A DNA stretch of 64,000 nt. Origin: Octopus vulgaris. Taxonomy: Eukaryota. Both the position numbers and the translations under genes were made by a program. The notes under the pieces are model-generated. The model saw only the letters and a list, made by a program, of their open reading frames with translations, had not been told where the DNA came from and ran no database searches. The stretch covers positions 5,456,001 through 5,520,000 of the forward strand of contig OX597824.1 of assembly GCA_951406725.2 (NCBI GenBank), read 5' to 3'. Shown here one piece after another: positions 27,286-41,273 of the stretch (position 1 is the first letter of the stretch; every line of letters starts with the position of its first letter).

Positions 27286-28668
27286 TATACATTGTAGAGT
27301 TCGATTTTTCTTCTTTTAAAATGTTTAATTACAACTTGAGGGAATATGGCTATTAGTTCTCGCAGGTCAATCAACCGTATCAAAGTTCTTTTCTTGCCTC
27401 GTGAGCCCTGGCTAGTTCTTTTAATCGCTGTTTTTTCAGTCGACTAAATCAATTCGCTGTATCTGATTTAAGGAATTACATCGATTCCGATATCAAATCC
27501 TGTGTATTGGAACTCAAAATATTCCTGTAGAAGTCTTTCAAGTCTTTTTAAAACTCGGCCTCAAGTGAGTTCGTTGAAATTCTAAGGCACATACTAATTA
27601 ATATTCGTATACAAAATTCTAAGTTTAACCGCTTCGTTTCCGCATCGATGCTATATTCATTTAAACCATCGCGGTATTCTACGCAGAAAAGAAATCCGTA
27701 ATAATGAGAATTCGTAAGCCAGATACACAAAAGAGATGGTTCAATGACTATGATATTAGATTACGATCTCGGAACTTCAAATCCATGCAAATTTTTTTTG
27801 ATCGTTGGGCGTACTTTAGTTCCCCGAATTTATCAATAAGTGTTAGAAAGCCTCCGGACGAAATAATCTGCGATGGCTTTGTAGCGTGATAAACAGGATG
27901 AGTTTCATCGTTTTCGCTTATCAGATAGTGATTACAATGTTCGTTATTGAACTCTGTTTAACGAAGCTTTGCCTTTCAGAAAAAGGCAGCTCTCTTGTAA
28001 GAGATTCGTCATGTGTAACGACGATATAATCTAAAGAAATCGACAGTTTGTATTATTTATGCTATTCTTAAACGAAGAAAAAAATACAGTATAAATGTTG
28101 TTGTGCGTGCAGAAAAAGCTAATCATAATTTAGGGATTAATATTCACTTGTAAAATTTGAAATAGCTGCTGAGAATTAAGGATTTCGAACGGAACGGTTA
28201 ATGATAAAATGTCAATATAATAGAAAATATGAAGACTAATTACAATGAAACTTAAAATGTTTAAATACTGAGATTAAATTAATCAATTGCTAAATGATTT
28301 AGAAAATAACTTCGCTTCTCTTGTGGCAACAACAAATGTGACTGAAATTGCATTTATTATATTCGAAGGTTCATCTAACTAATATTTTATATTATAAAAT
28401 ATAGGACTCATTAACCTTACCAAGAAAAGATTAACATTAAATCCTTGAGGGATTATTAAAGCAAAAGTTTGTGAAAATGATTGGATTATAAATGCAGAAA
28501 AAAGATGACCAATAGTGACGGAACGATAAACAACGGAGAGAAAGATTTGGTGGAAGTTTGTTTGTTTTCTTAATATTTTAAAACAGAATATTGATTTCTA
28601 TTTAAGATGAGCAATTATGTGAAAGGCGATGATAACACCAGCTTCTAGGAGACAGCAACTACAGCGTA

Positions 28669-28860
28669 GGCGCAATGGCCTAGTGGTTAGGGCAGCGGAC
28701 TCGCGGTCGGGGATCGCGGTTTCGATTCCCAGATCGGGCGTTGTGTGTGTTCATTGAGCGAAAACACCTAAAGCTCTACAAGGCTCCGGCAGGGGTTGGT
28801 GGCGACCCCTGTTGTACTCTTTCGCTCCAACTTCCTCTCACTCTTTCTTCCTGTTTCTTG
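28669..28860 (+). mobile_element. tRNA-derived SINE, head type C
   Basis: ggcgcaatggcctagtggttagggcagcggactcgcggtc...ggtttcgattccc tRNA-like head. Confidence 0.88.
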
Positions 28861-29696
28861 TCCCCGACTTCCTACGCAACCGCTGAGCCTGGATGCGCAT
28901 TCATCCATCCGTCGATGCTCTCGGTGTCGGGGGTTGACCTGCTTTCTCTTCTGTGGGTCTTACGAATAGCAAAAAAACCACGTATCGGACTTCTCCCACT
29001 ACGGACGAAGACCGCTTCGCTCAACAAACAAACAAAGAAACAGCAACAACAGCCATGGCGACAGTGTCGCCGGAAACACTAGCAAGCGTGACGACGACGC
29101 CGAGGAATATAGTAATTTCTGATTTAGGCACAAAGCCAGCAATTTGGAGAGGAGGGTGATAGCTTCAGTACTTGATTTCTTATTTATTTTATGGATTGTG
29201 AAAGGATGAGATTTCTACTTTGAACATTAAGATTTCGAACAAGCACCGCTATGCCTTTATACGAAACCCTACTCTTTCTCTTAGCTCGCCACTTTAAATA
29301 ATAATAAAATTAATAGTAGTAGTAGTAGTAGTAGTAGTAGTAATAATAATGATGATGATGATGATGATGGTGATGGAGGTGGTGGTGGCGGCGGCAAAAA
29401 CCGGAGGGAACACATCGTAAGCGATTGTGTTTGTCTTCTCAAGATTTAAAGAAATGTGATTCGTATTTGTCAAAGACAAGAAGTTGCATCTGCGTGGTTG
29501 TTTGACTGGCTGCCATACTTCTCTCTCAAATGAAGTCTATAATTTGCTTATGAGAAAAGGGACGCCAGATTTGGGTAATGAAGACTGAAATGAACTGTCT
29601 CAAAATACCGGATGGTCACAGTAAGTGTTAAACAATACATATACTCATACAGGGATCACCTGCGGTTAAATCAATACAACAAATAGAACAGCAAGT

Positions 29697-29885
29697 GGAG
29701 GCGCAATGGTCCAGTGGTTAGGGCAGCGGACTCGCTGTCGTAAGAACGCGGTTTCGATTCCCAGACCGGGCATTGTGAGTGTTTATTGAACAAAAACACC
29801 TAAGCTCCATGAGGCTCCGGCAGGGGTGGTAGTGAACTCCGCTGAACTCTTTCAGCACAACTTTCTCTCACTCTTTCTTCCTACT
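29697..29885 (+). mobile_element. SINE head type C
   Basis: Homologous to 28669-28860. Confidence 0.88.
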
Positions 29886-30239
29886 TCTGCCACAAAACAG
29901 AGGAACCATGGGGTTTTGTACAAGGCCTTCTAGTCTAGATTGCCAATCCTCTGTACCCCAGGATGGTTCAGCTCTCCACCCGTTAAAAGCCACCGTTTAC
30001 AGAATGAGGATAACAACGTAGCTTTCGCGCCCGTGTAACCGCCAGTCTATCGCGTGTGGTGAGTGGATCTTCAAGTTGCCACACGCATTCTTAGTAGTTT
30101 AGAGTAGGCTCGAATGAGAGATTATTCTTTGTGGCTAATGGCGTGAGTCCCCATTGGAAGAAGAAGAACAACAACAGCAACATTAGTTGTAACAGCATTA
30201 ACATCGATAGACACACACATGTAGGCAATACTCTATTTG

Positions 30240-30545
30240 TGGAGCCACATGGCCTAGTGGCTAGAGCAGTGGACTCGAGGTCGAGGGATCGTGGATTCGA
30301 ATCTCAGACCGGGCAATGGGTGTGTTTATGAGCGAAACACCTAAGCTACACGCGGCTCCGGCAGAAGGTAATGGCGAACTTCTGCTGACTCTTTCGCCAC
30401 AACTTTCTCTCACTCTTACCTCCTGCATCTTGCAGCTCATCTGCGACGGACCGGCGTCTCGTCCAGGTGGGGAACCTATATGCCAAGGAAACCGGAAAAC
30501 CGGCCCTTATGAACCAGGCATGGCTCGAGAAGGAACAAACAACAA
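30240..30545 (+). mobile_element. SINE head type C with gcgacggaccggcgtc-type tail
   Basis: Head homology; tail shared with 54930-55005. Confidence 0.85.
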
Positions 30546-32216
30546 AAAAAAAAACACTCTATTTGTTCCCCTAATATAAATGGGTTAAATATGGCTCACA
30601 TATTCCCTGCAACTCATTAATATTCAGCGTCATGGTGTAACACATTCGTCTTGTATATTGTTGGTTCTTAGGAATATTTATTAGCCAGGCATGATCACAG
30701 ACTGGTGATTTGAGTTTTGTGTGTTTAAGAAAATTAGCACTTAGAAAGCTGAGCTAGATTAATTTGGAATGTCTCGGTTGTCATTGACACAGCTGGAGCT
30801 TCGTCTAAGGAGATCAAAAAATACGTAGGTGACGAGGTGTTGTGATGAAAACGAGAAGAAAATAAAAGGAATTACACTCACACACCTTGTCGATTTGTGT
30901 GCATATGTGTGTGTGTAAACACACATTCTCTCTCTTCCTCACATACATATATGCACAAACACACACATACACAATCATATAATTATGCCTGTGTATGTTT
31001 ATACACAAACACACACAAGCATAAGTATATGAATGCTTGAATGTGTGTATTTTTGTGTAAATATGTGTACGTGCTTACAAAGTAATGTGTATGTGTATAT
31101 GTCTATATATATGTGTTCCTTTGTCTATCGTGTACATTTATAAAACCTTCTAATTTGTCGGATTCCTTAAAATTTCATAAGTATATTAATATGCAGAATA
31201 TTCTATCTCGGAAGAAGTCCGTTGTTTTCCTTCTAGAAGGCCTGCAATTTTTCCAGGGACAGTATAATCAATAACATCGACCCAAATGGTACTTATTTTA
31301 TCGATCATGATAGAATGAACGCAAAAATTCAACCCGGAAGTACCTAAAAGAGCAGTAAGAAATTCCGTGAACCATTTTATCCCATGTGCTAACGATTCTG
31401 CACGCTCATCACTTTAAGAAGTCAAATAGTGAAAGCGTCGTTGAGCACAAGCTCAAAGATCTCACTTCTATCTGTGGCATTAAAAGTATTCGAGCAAAAT
31501 TCAGGCGCTTGAATTCACAAAATGTTTCCGAACAAGTCAACTCATGAAAGAATTTTCGGGATTTCATTATTAATGAGAATTGAACCCACTAAAATTGAAG
31601 TAAATTTCATGTTAAGCAGGATATGTCGCAAATGAGAAATTATGGCAGTAAAAGAACGAAAAGTGTATGTTTTACGTATGATTGTACGATAACAAAACAA
31701 CAATGTTATTTTAACGTTTTACATAGACGTAATGGAATAGATTATATTCTTGGTCAAATTCTCTGCACACATGCATCCTATAACAGTGTCACACTTATGA
31801 ACAAATAGATTTCAAAAGCGAAAACAGGTGTGTCGAATTCTTCAAAATGTATTACTATATGCCAATCTACCACCAGATGTGTTGAATTCCATCACGCAGA
31901 ATTCAGTTGCCGAGGGAAGACACTAGTTTCTTCGGAGAGTCTCTAGACCGGCCATAGATTCGGCCAAAAATTTTATATTGTATTATACATTTGTACTGAG
32001 TACTTCTGATCGCCATTTAGCACTTTACGAACGCATACACTCATACATAACCACGCACCCATGTACAGACGCATAATGCGCTAAAACATACACATAAGCA
32101 ACGGATATAACCCAATCATGTATCGTATAATATATTACAAAATTGACTTTTCACTAGAGCTAGCTCTGTTGAGAATTATAACTTCGTAACATTCTACATA
32201 CGCATAGACATACACC

Positions 32217-32298
<82 letters not shown>

Positions 32299-32727
32299 AT
32301 ATATATATGTGTATATATATGTATATATATATATACACATAATTTTATGAACTCACGTCACAAGTGTGCGAAATATAAAAAAACAATGGCTATTTTCTTG
32401 CTGAAAGGCAATTATCAAACAAAGTAATGATTATAATTACTCAATTTTACCTTCTAATTCCGTCGTATGAGTTATAAGAAAGTGTATAAACTTTATATTC
32501 CACCTTCAGGAGACATTGCGAGCGCAAATAGTTGTCGATTATGTTGTCTACTGTGTAATCAGCTAAAAGCTGCCGGTGCTTATGGACAAGACAACTTTGC
32601 ACAACTGAATTTATTTAACTCTAAGGAGATATAACATTGTTGCCATAGTTAATTGTGTTACTTAACCATGACCATCTCGTCTGATGTTTCGACAATATCT
32701 CGCCCGGACTATATTACCAAACGTGAA

Positions 32728-32958
32728 GGTGGCGAGCTGGCAGAAACGTTAGCACGCCGGGCGAAATGCGTTGCCGTATTTCGTCTGCCGTTACGTTCTG
32801 AGTTCAAATTCTGCCGAGGTTGACTTTGCCTTTCATCCTTTCGGGGTCGATAAATTAAGTACCAGTTACGCCCTTGGGTCGATGTAACCGACTTAATCCG
32901 TTTGTCTGTCCTTGTTTGTCCCCTCTGTGTTTAGCCCCTTGAGGGTAGTAAAGAAATA
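32728..32958 (+). mobile_element. SINE family B monomer
   Basis: Complete head to tail ...gtagtaaagaaata. Confidence 0.9.
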
Positions 32959-33025
32959 TATATCACCGAATGTGTCCGCTTTGTGTAATAGATGGGTGCA
33001 TAATTCGAACGAGATATCGCTGCTA

Positions 33026-33410
33026 TCTCTCTCTATATAAACGGCAGTTTGTCTGTGTGTGTTTCTGTGTGTCTGTTTGGTTGTACCCTCACCCTGACCA
33101 CGGCTTTCAACCGATTCTGATGAAATTTGACACACACATAGCCCAATGTCATAATTCAAAACTAACGCAGCGAAAATTTTGAAAAGTTCCCCCAGTTCTG
33201 GAAAAAATCGATAAATTCGACATGGGGTCGAGAATCAGAAACACAAACCACAGACTGTCTAGGGGGCGCAACTCCACCTTTTTAACTCTCAAAAAAAAAT
33301 TTACCATCATTTTTTTCCCATTTTTTTGCTATATTTTGGCTATAACTATCTAAAAATGCTTTATAGTTATTTCCCTTACAAACCCGAGCAACGCCGGGCG
33401 ATACTGCTAG
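33026..33410 (+). mobile_element. Non-autonomous Helitron
   Basis: A|TC...tctatataaacggc 5' end, internal GT-rich tract, subterminal GC hairpin cccg-agcaacgc-cggg (33383-33398), CTAG|T 3' end, no TSD. Confidence 0.8.
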
Positions 33411-35492
33411 TCTATAATAAACGATCATCACGGTGGAGACACCGATGTTAGCTATACGAAGATACACCATTGTAGAAAGTATTGCTATGTTTCCGTGTGT
33501 TTGCTTACAATTTCCCTGGTATTTTAGAGAATGCAATGGAAAGCACATCTCATCTCCTCTGCAACTGATCCTCTGTTGTGTCTCTATAAGAACCCCTTTT
33601 TTTCATATAATAGAAACTGCTCGGACATTCGGCCATTTTTGTCCAAACCTCAACCCTCCACACTTGGTAGCTTGTACAATCTAAATCTTTATGTTGTTAG
33701 CGTTGAACTATGTTCCTCATTCCAACAGCTGTTTTACTGAAGAAAGTTTGCATATCTGTGACCTTTCTATAGTTAAGAGAAGGAGCCTGAATGAGTCTCA
33801 TTCCAACTAAGGTGTCCTTATTCCAGGCATTTTAATCAGAACTTATCGCTAAATCCAGCGAATCGTGTAAATTTGTTATTGATGCAAGTTGAACACATAA
33901 GGTTTTTGTCTCAGTGGTGTTCAGTTGTGGAATAAACTTTCTTCATATCGTTTTCCTAAAGAATATATTCATGTTCTTCTTTAATCCCGTTTTCTTTATT
34001 TCATTATTTTTAATTATTTCTTTTATTCCCATCCCATTTCATTTAATTAGTCTTTTGTTGTAACAGTGACTGTAGCCATCTCTACTTTCAACCGTTATTT
34101 TATTACCTTCTCAGTGAATTTTATACAAAAACCATTCACTAATTTGATTACTATATTTGCTATCTTAAATATGCATATATAGGAAATACTTGTGCATTCA
34201 TGCCATTCCGTCCTTTTCTTAAATCATTGTGTAGAATTGACTTACTTGCCCAAGGTGCCACGCTGTGGGACTGAACCAGGAACCATGTGGTTCGTAAGCA
34301 AGCTATTTACCACACAGCCACTCCTACAAAAGTGAACATCATTATGATACCGTATGATGTGAAAATATCTCAAATATTGTTTTACTGTGATTATTGTTCC
34401 ATGTACTTTTAAATTAATCATTACATAGGAGGAAACATTTAAAATTATTTGTTTCTATAAAATTTAATAAACTAGTTTGATCTTCGACAGAAAACAAGTG
34501 TCTAATTGTTGATGTGTACACAAAGCAATATTGGATTCGATAATGGAACGTCTATTTCTAAAGTATGTGTAACAATGTTCTTTTACAGATACAGTGCTAA
34601 TGTCAATGCGTCAATGGTCAAGTGAATACATATTTTATTGCCTTTTAAAGTTGTCATTAATTGACCCCCAAACATATAATTTTAAGTAGCGCAGATTTGT
34701 TAACAAATGTCCAATTAAATAACCAAATCTTAGTAATACTTCTTGTTTATAATCAATAGTATTTACTAGGAACGTGTTCAATTATTTTAAGAATAGAAGT
34801 GTAGTCGACTCAAATAATATTCCACTATATATTTAAAGACAAAACGGAAACTAACAGCAATTTACTTTATGTTATTGAGACGCCAGAGAAATAACAATTA
34901 CAAAGGAATTTCAACGGTTCTTCTCTGATTGTGAACTAGTTTCATGCATTCATAATTCACATTCACTCTAAAACTTAATTGATTGGGATGCTAGCAGATG
35001 ATTAATTAAGAAAAATACCTTGCTAATTACGTCAGATACAATTCGTGTTAGCGAATCTCTTTTACAATATTATTTTAGCGTTAATTACAGCATTCCTATT
35101 GAAGATATACGAATATGCTTATACAAATATGCTAAATCTAGTTTGTAAGTGTGACATTTATGGTTCACGCTGAAAAATGAATTTAAATTATTCGAAGATG
35201 GAAAGAAACTTTGACAGAGATCTACCTTGGTCATGGTCAAGTTCTACACCGAGGAATTATTTTAAGCAGGGCACATAAAACGAAGAGAGTGACCAAACGA
35301 AAGAAATCTGATATAAAAGATATATAGCTATATGGCTTTGTGGTTGAGAAGGTTGCCTTACAATATTGTTGATTCAGTGGCGATTGTCATTATCTCTTGA
35401 AGGTTGAATAAAAGTTTAGAGCGGAATTGTGTAATTATAATCATTACCTTGCTTGATAATTGCGAGCCAGCGAGAAAATTGTCACTGTATAT

Positions 35493-35570
<78 letters not shown>

Positions 35571-35599
35571 CCAAATTGTACGTACGTATGTATATGAAT

Positions 35600-35950
35600 A
35601 ACAATATAAAAGTGGGAAAAGAACGCAACAGGCGACAACAAGACATCCAGACAGATGGTACAAAAATAGTCAAGAGAAAACAAGGACCGGTCATTCGGAA
35701 TTTCCTTTCGTCAGTCGAGTTCTAGATTATCTTTGAAGATTCGGCTGGTTGTGCGCGAGATTGCTCCAATCTGGCCAGCTCCAAGGAAAATCTAAGCTAA
35801 GAGCGCTAGATTCCTTGGAAAAAAGCAGCAAAGTATGCAAAAACAAAGACGGAAAAAATGTAGAAACGGTACACAAATACAAATGCGAACAACAAGACAT
35901 TAACAACAGGTGTATTTCGACTAAGGACGAATTAAATTAAGCTGGCGTGT
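35600..35950 (-). mobile_element. Unclassified interspersed repeat (family F)
   Basis: Second copy, between (TA)n tracts; contains CUGACGA-hairpin-GAAU-GACCGGUC on the minus strand. Confidence 0.6.
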
Positions 35951-35959
35951 GTGTGCGCA

Positions 35960-36016
<57 letters not shown>

Positions 36017-36359
36017 ACATATATCTGTATATGCCTGCATGTGTATATGCGTGTCCCTGTGTCTGTTGTCGTCCGCCACTCCGCCTGACAGCTGGTGGTT
36101 CCACTGTTACTTAGCAGTTCAGCAAAACAGCCAGCTAGAATAACTACCACACATGAAGCATAAATACTAAGGTGGGGGAGAATTTATGGAGGCGATGTCC
36201 CAGAGTGGATGCAAGTTAAAGATGAACCGGGAAAATAATAATGTAATCTATATACTTTCACTGATACATTACACCAACCTTTTCTTTTAAATGGAATGAA
36301 TCGGAATTATTTTTTAAAAAAAGAAATTTTATATGATAAATAATATATATGTATATGTA

Positions 36360-36506
<147 letters not shown>

Positions 36507-36827
36507 ATATATATATTTATATTACATTCAATACACAGTATAAATGTTTTATCAACGTTTGAATGACTACAACAGTCGACCAACAGAAAAAAACAAATTT
36601 ATTGATTTTCTTTGATTTTCAGGAATTGATGAATGACGTTTCATTGAAATTGTTCTATTGAAATATTTATAGAAAACAAGAAATGAAGCCGTAGACAGGT
36701 GTTTGGAAAATGTAATTCGTTAAATTTCTTTAATTCTCTCTGAAGTTAACGTTTGTTGCAAAGTTGTTTGCGAAATTTATTTGCAAATTTATGAATTAAA
36801 TATCTCTATTAGCTATTTCTCACTTCA

Positions 36828-36879
<52 letters not shown>

Positions 36880-36885
36880 TGTGTG

Positions 36886-36930
<45 letters not shown>

Positions 36931-37312
36931 ATATATAGGTAATATTGTATATTACAAGCAAAAGTATAAGCGATGATTAGGCATTGATACATTCCCATTA
37001 ATGTATAAACGCTGAAGAAGCCGAATAATATAAATGCCAGTGAAAGCTGTATAGAAATAAGTGGAAAACGTTAATCAACATGACTTTAGCTCAGGAGAAA
37101 ATAACAAAATAACTCTAAGAGTAAATATTTACCCTTATGTATATGCATACGTGTGCACGTGTGTATGTATGTATGTATGTATGTATGTATGTATGTATGT
37201 ATGTATGTATGTATGTATGTATGTATGTATGCATGTATGTATGTGTGTATGTATGTATGTATATATATATATATGCATATATATGTAGAAATATATACAT
37301 ATATATATATAC

Positions 37313-37362
<50 letters not shown>

Positions 37363-37514
37363 ATGTATATATGCATATATATGTAGAAATATATACATAT
37401 ATATATATACATATACATACATACATATATATACATATACATACATATATACATATAAACTTACTTGGAGAAAAGAAAAGAAACGAAACGACGCGAGGGC
37501 GCTCAGTCATACAA

Positions 37515-37913
37515 TAATTTAATAAATAAAATATAAGAATACATACATACATACATATATGTACGTACCTACATCTGCATGCATATATACATGCATATAT
37601 ATATATATATATATATATGAGTACAGGACACCACAAATAGACGTAGAACTCAACGAGAAACGAAAACATAAAAACATGGAAACGGACTTTTTTTAACAAC
37701 GAAAAAACAGAACACAGGACAAACAACACAAGGAACATTCCCCTTCATCAGCTGTCCCCGGTTCGACTCCATGCGTGTTTCGGCTGATGAAGGGGAATGT
37801 TCCTTGTGTTGTTTGTCTTCTTCTCTGTTTTTTCGTTGTTAAAAAATGTCCATTTCCATGTTTTTATGTTTTCGTTTCTCGTTGAGTTCTACGTCTATTT
37901 GTGGTGTCCTGTA

Positions 37914-37966
<53 letters not shown>

Positions 37967-38042
37967 TGATATATACATGTAGATGTAGGTACGTACATAT
38001 ATATATGTATGTATGTATGCTTATATTTTATTTATTAAATTA
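37515..38042. repeat. Long inverted repeat element
   Basis: ~240-260-bp arms 37515-37752 / 37783-38042, each including an internal (TA)n; 30-nt spacer. Confidence 0.92.
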
Positions 38043-38218
38043 TATATATATATATATATATACATATATATATACATACATCTATATACACACACACACA
38101 CGCACACACACATGCATATATATATAGGTATATATATACATATACATATATAAATGTAACTGCACATGGACTGTTAGCTATTTTCCCTTACTTTTCCTCT
38201 TTCTCTTTGGACTTTCCT

Positions 38219-38252
38219 GTTTCCGACGAAGAGGTATGCTCCAAACGTTAAC
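38219..38252 (+). ncRNA. Degenerate minimal hammerhead relic
   Basis: CCGACGA-A-GAG-guaug-CUC-CAAAC-GUU; two core substitutions, same layout as the 55188 motif. Confidence 0.4.
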
Positions 38253-39592
38253 AACAACTCCCTCCCTTCACCGATCGTCCTCATGTTCGTTTTATTCTTT
38301 TTCTCTTTTTTAAAATCCATTATTATTTGAATTAACAATACACACACACACACACACATTTCACGTGAGGGAGCACCAGAACAGAGCCGTCGCCGAATCA
38401 TATTTGCTTAAATAGTTATTCAAAAATATAAACTTATATAATGATATACAAATGTAAACCTGGGAACTTAAAGCTGGTGTCCCGTACAGAAAGAAAGAAT
38501 GTGAGCAGCTTCTAAAGCCTGCTATTTCCATCTTCCTTTTTATATTATTCTTATATTGATCTTATACAATAGTGGGTGAGTTCCACATGTTTATCCATCC
38601 TCCTGTAGAATGGCATGTTGCAGCCGATAACTGTATAATCGTTGTTAGGTTTTTGTCTAGAATATCTTATATATATCAAGTTAGAGAGAAAAATTCTTCA
38701 TGTATATATAAACACAGAAATATAAATTGACATTGAAGATGATCAAAAGTGATTAAACTCGAACAGGTAGCTAAATTGCAGTAAATCCCAGCGGGACCGA
38801 CTTGCATAGAAATACATAAAAAGCTAAAATGATATTCAAGAACAACGAACGATATATTTTGATGAAAGGAACAAGAGCACAGATTCCACTTATAGTTCAT
38901 ACTTTAAATCATACTTGGCCGATAAGTAAAATTTTTGTTCCGGCATATTTAAGCCTTAGATAAATCCCGTAGGTATAAATGTAGCTGCTTAAAGAAATAA
39001 GCTGATAATTACTTTAGGTATTTCGATTGATTCGGTTTGTAAGCCACAGGAACGAACGAAATATTAATCACTTTTGGCAACTGAATGTGTAGGGATCTTT
39101 AATGGATGATCATTTGTTTGTAAACCGGACAGAAAACGTTGCTTCACATAAAATTACTCAATTTCATACGTCACAAGTTTTATTACATTCTCATTTCATT
39201 AACATAAGAAAGAAGTTTCGAAGAATTTGGTTTCTTCTGAATATAACCTGAGTGTGTGTAATATTATTTTTGGTATGTCATGATTAGTTCTTGTAGCAAA
39301 AGTTAAATCTTCTAAACTTTCTAAGGCATAATTCTAAAACTTCTGAGATTCAACTTTTATTTAGCATATAATCATATAATTTACGTATATGTAGAATTTT
39401 CTAGCATATTTTGGTAAATTCTTGCTATTCATTGACGTAGTTTATCGACAGATTCTTTCAAAAATGCAGTTTCTTAACCTGTATAAGCTATGTGAAATAA
39501 AATCTTCTTGGAATTATTGTTTTGTAAATAGTTTAATAATAAATTCCTCTTTGATTAAACGTTGTAAACTTGAACACTCGAAAATTAATTTC

Positions 39593-39594
<2 letters not shown>

Positions 39595-39623
<29 letters not shown>

Positions 39624-39700
39624 CTTCTTCTTCTTCTTCTTCTTCTTCTTCTTCTTCTTCTTCTTCTTCTTCTTCTTCTTCTTCTTCTTCTTCTTCTTCT
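39595..39700. repeat. (CTT)n microsatellite
   Basis: Perfect trinucleotide tract. Confidence 0.95.
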
Positions 39701-40214
39701 CCGCAGAAAAGTGTTCTTGTTAAATGATGACAAATATTTCAACGGCAAAGGGCAACCGTTTCACAGACACGATTCAATACCAAAATATACTCCTTATTGT
39801 GCTTAACTTTACCCTGTTATTTGCTAAGTTCAAATGTTATCGATTCCAATGCGTTTTAAATTAAATGTTTTGCAGTAACCTATTGAACAGAAGGAATAAA
39901 TTCGAAAATGACACTAAGTCATGGACCTAATCATTGTTGGAATTTGAAAGTCTGAAAAGATTATATAAAAATATAGATCGGGCGATTATCGACCACGTGA
40001 AACACGAGATAATGATTTGCAAACCTTCAGACTTTAATAAAAGACGTATCATTTTACGACATTTATTGAGTGTATATTGAAAGATTCTCTAGCAGCCATT
40101 TTCACAAACGTGTATACTTACATACAGAAACACTTGTACACAAATACACACACGCCAATACGTGTGTGTATATATTTATATCTGTGTTTTTGTGTATGTT
40201 TATATATCTTTTAT

Positions 40215-40542
40215 CTTTTATTCGTTTCATTATTTTGATTGTGGCCATGCTGGGGTACCGACTTGGAGTGTTAGTCGAATGTTTTGAATCCGGTACTTAT
40301 ATTTTAAAACCTGGTACTTAATCAATCGGTGTGTTTTGGCCAACCGCTAGGTTACGGGGGCGTAAAGTCACCAGCACCGGTTGTCAAGCGTCTACCAAAT
40401 CCTGTTCCAGATCCACTCACAAGACATTGACGGCCCGAGGCTATTGTTGAAGACACTTACCCACGGTGCCACGCAGTGGGCCTGTATCCGGAGTCATGTG
40501 GTTTGGAAACACTGTTCTTACGACACAGTCACACCCGCTCCT
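40215..40542 (-). mobile_element. SINE family A, old diverged copy
   Basis: Colinear homology lacking the internal microsatellite; other fragments at 34245-34325, 36000-36170, 6620-6810. Confidence 0.75.
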
Positions 40543-40795
40543 AAAATCCTTTCGACACATTTTTACACTCATAGAACATTGGTGAGATGTTGTGTATCAT
40601 ACACGCAGGTAGCCAATAACAGCAGACGAGCTGTGCACGGCATACTACAACATATCAAACTATAAAAGAGCAAAGACTCCAAACGTCAAAGGGTCTCCCT
40701 TTTTACTGCGCGTCAAATTGATACATCTTGCCTGGTATTTCCTCATACGTCCTCGCCGTTTGATTTTGTTATTTGTACAATTCTGCACTACACAC

Positions 40796-40851
<56 letters not shown>

Positions 40852-40854
<3 letters not shown>

Positions 40855-41273
40855 TTATTTATATTACAATATTATATGAAATACTATGAATATAATATAA
40901 CATAATATAATATTGTATAACATAAATAATTATAAACACCGTAAAAGGCCAATAAATTGTTTCGACTTATATACATTTTTTCTGATTTATATAATCACAG
41001 TTCCCTTATATATAAAGTCACTTCAGGGTCAAGGACAGTTGAATTAATTTTTTCAATCCAGCCGTCTTCACACGGAATTTCGTGTTTTTCTAAACCATGA
41101 CCCTGAAGTTACTTTATATATAAGGGAACTGTGGTTATGTATATCAGAAAAATATATATAAGTCGAAACAATTTGTAGGCTTTTTATGGTTTTTATAATT
41201 ACTTATGTTATATAATATTATGTTATATATTACATTCATAGTATTTCATGTAATATTGTAATATAAATAAATT
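40852..41273. repeat. Inverted repeat element next to (CA)n
   Basis: ~178-bp diverged arms 40852-41031 / 41098-41273. Confidence 0.88.
41097..41180 (+). ncRNA. Degenerate hammerhead with extended AU-rich stem II
   Basis: CUGAAG-U-(G/U)ACUU...AAGUC-GAAAC-AAUUU-GUA-GG; A9 missing; mirrored on minus strand at 40946-41031. Confidence 0.55.

Noticed and set aside
28669-28740. tRNA gene (also 29697, 30240, 43719, 53580)
   Set aside because: tRNA-like heads continue into a shared SINE body and lack a proper acceptor stem
37008-37055. CUGAAGA...GAAAGCUG hammerhead candidate
   Set aside because: No convincing stem I or II pairing, and G at the cleavage position
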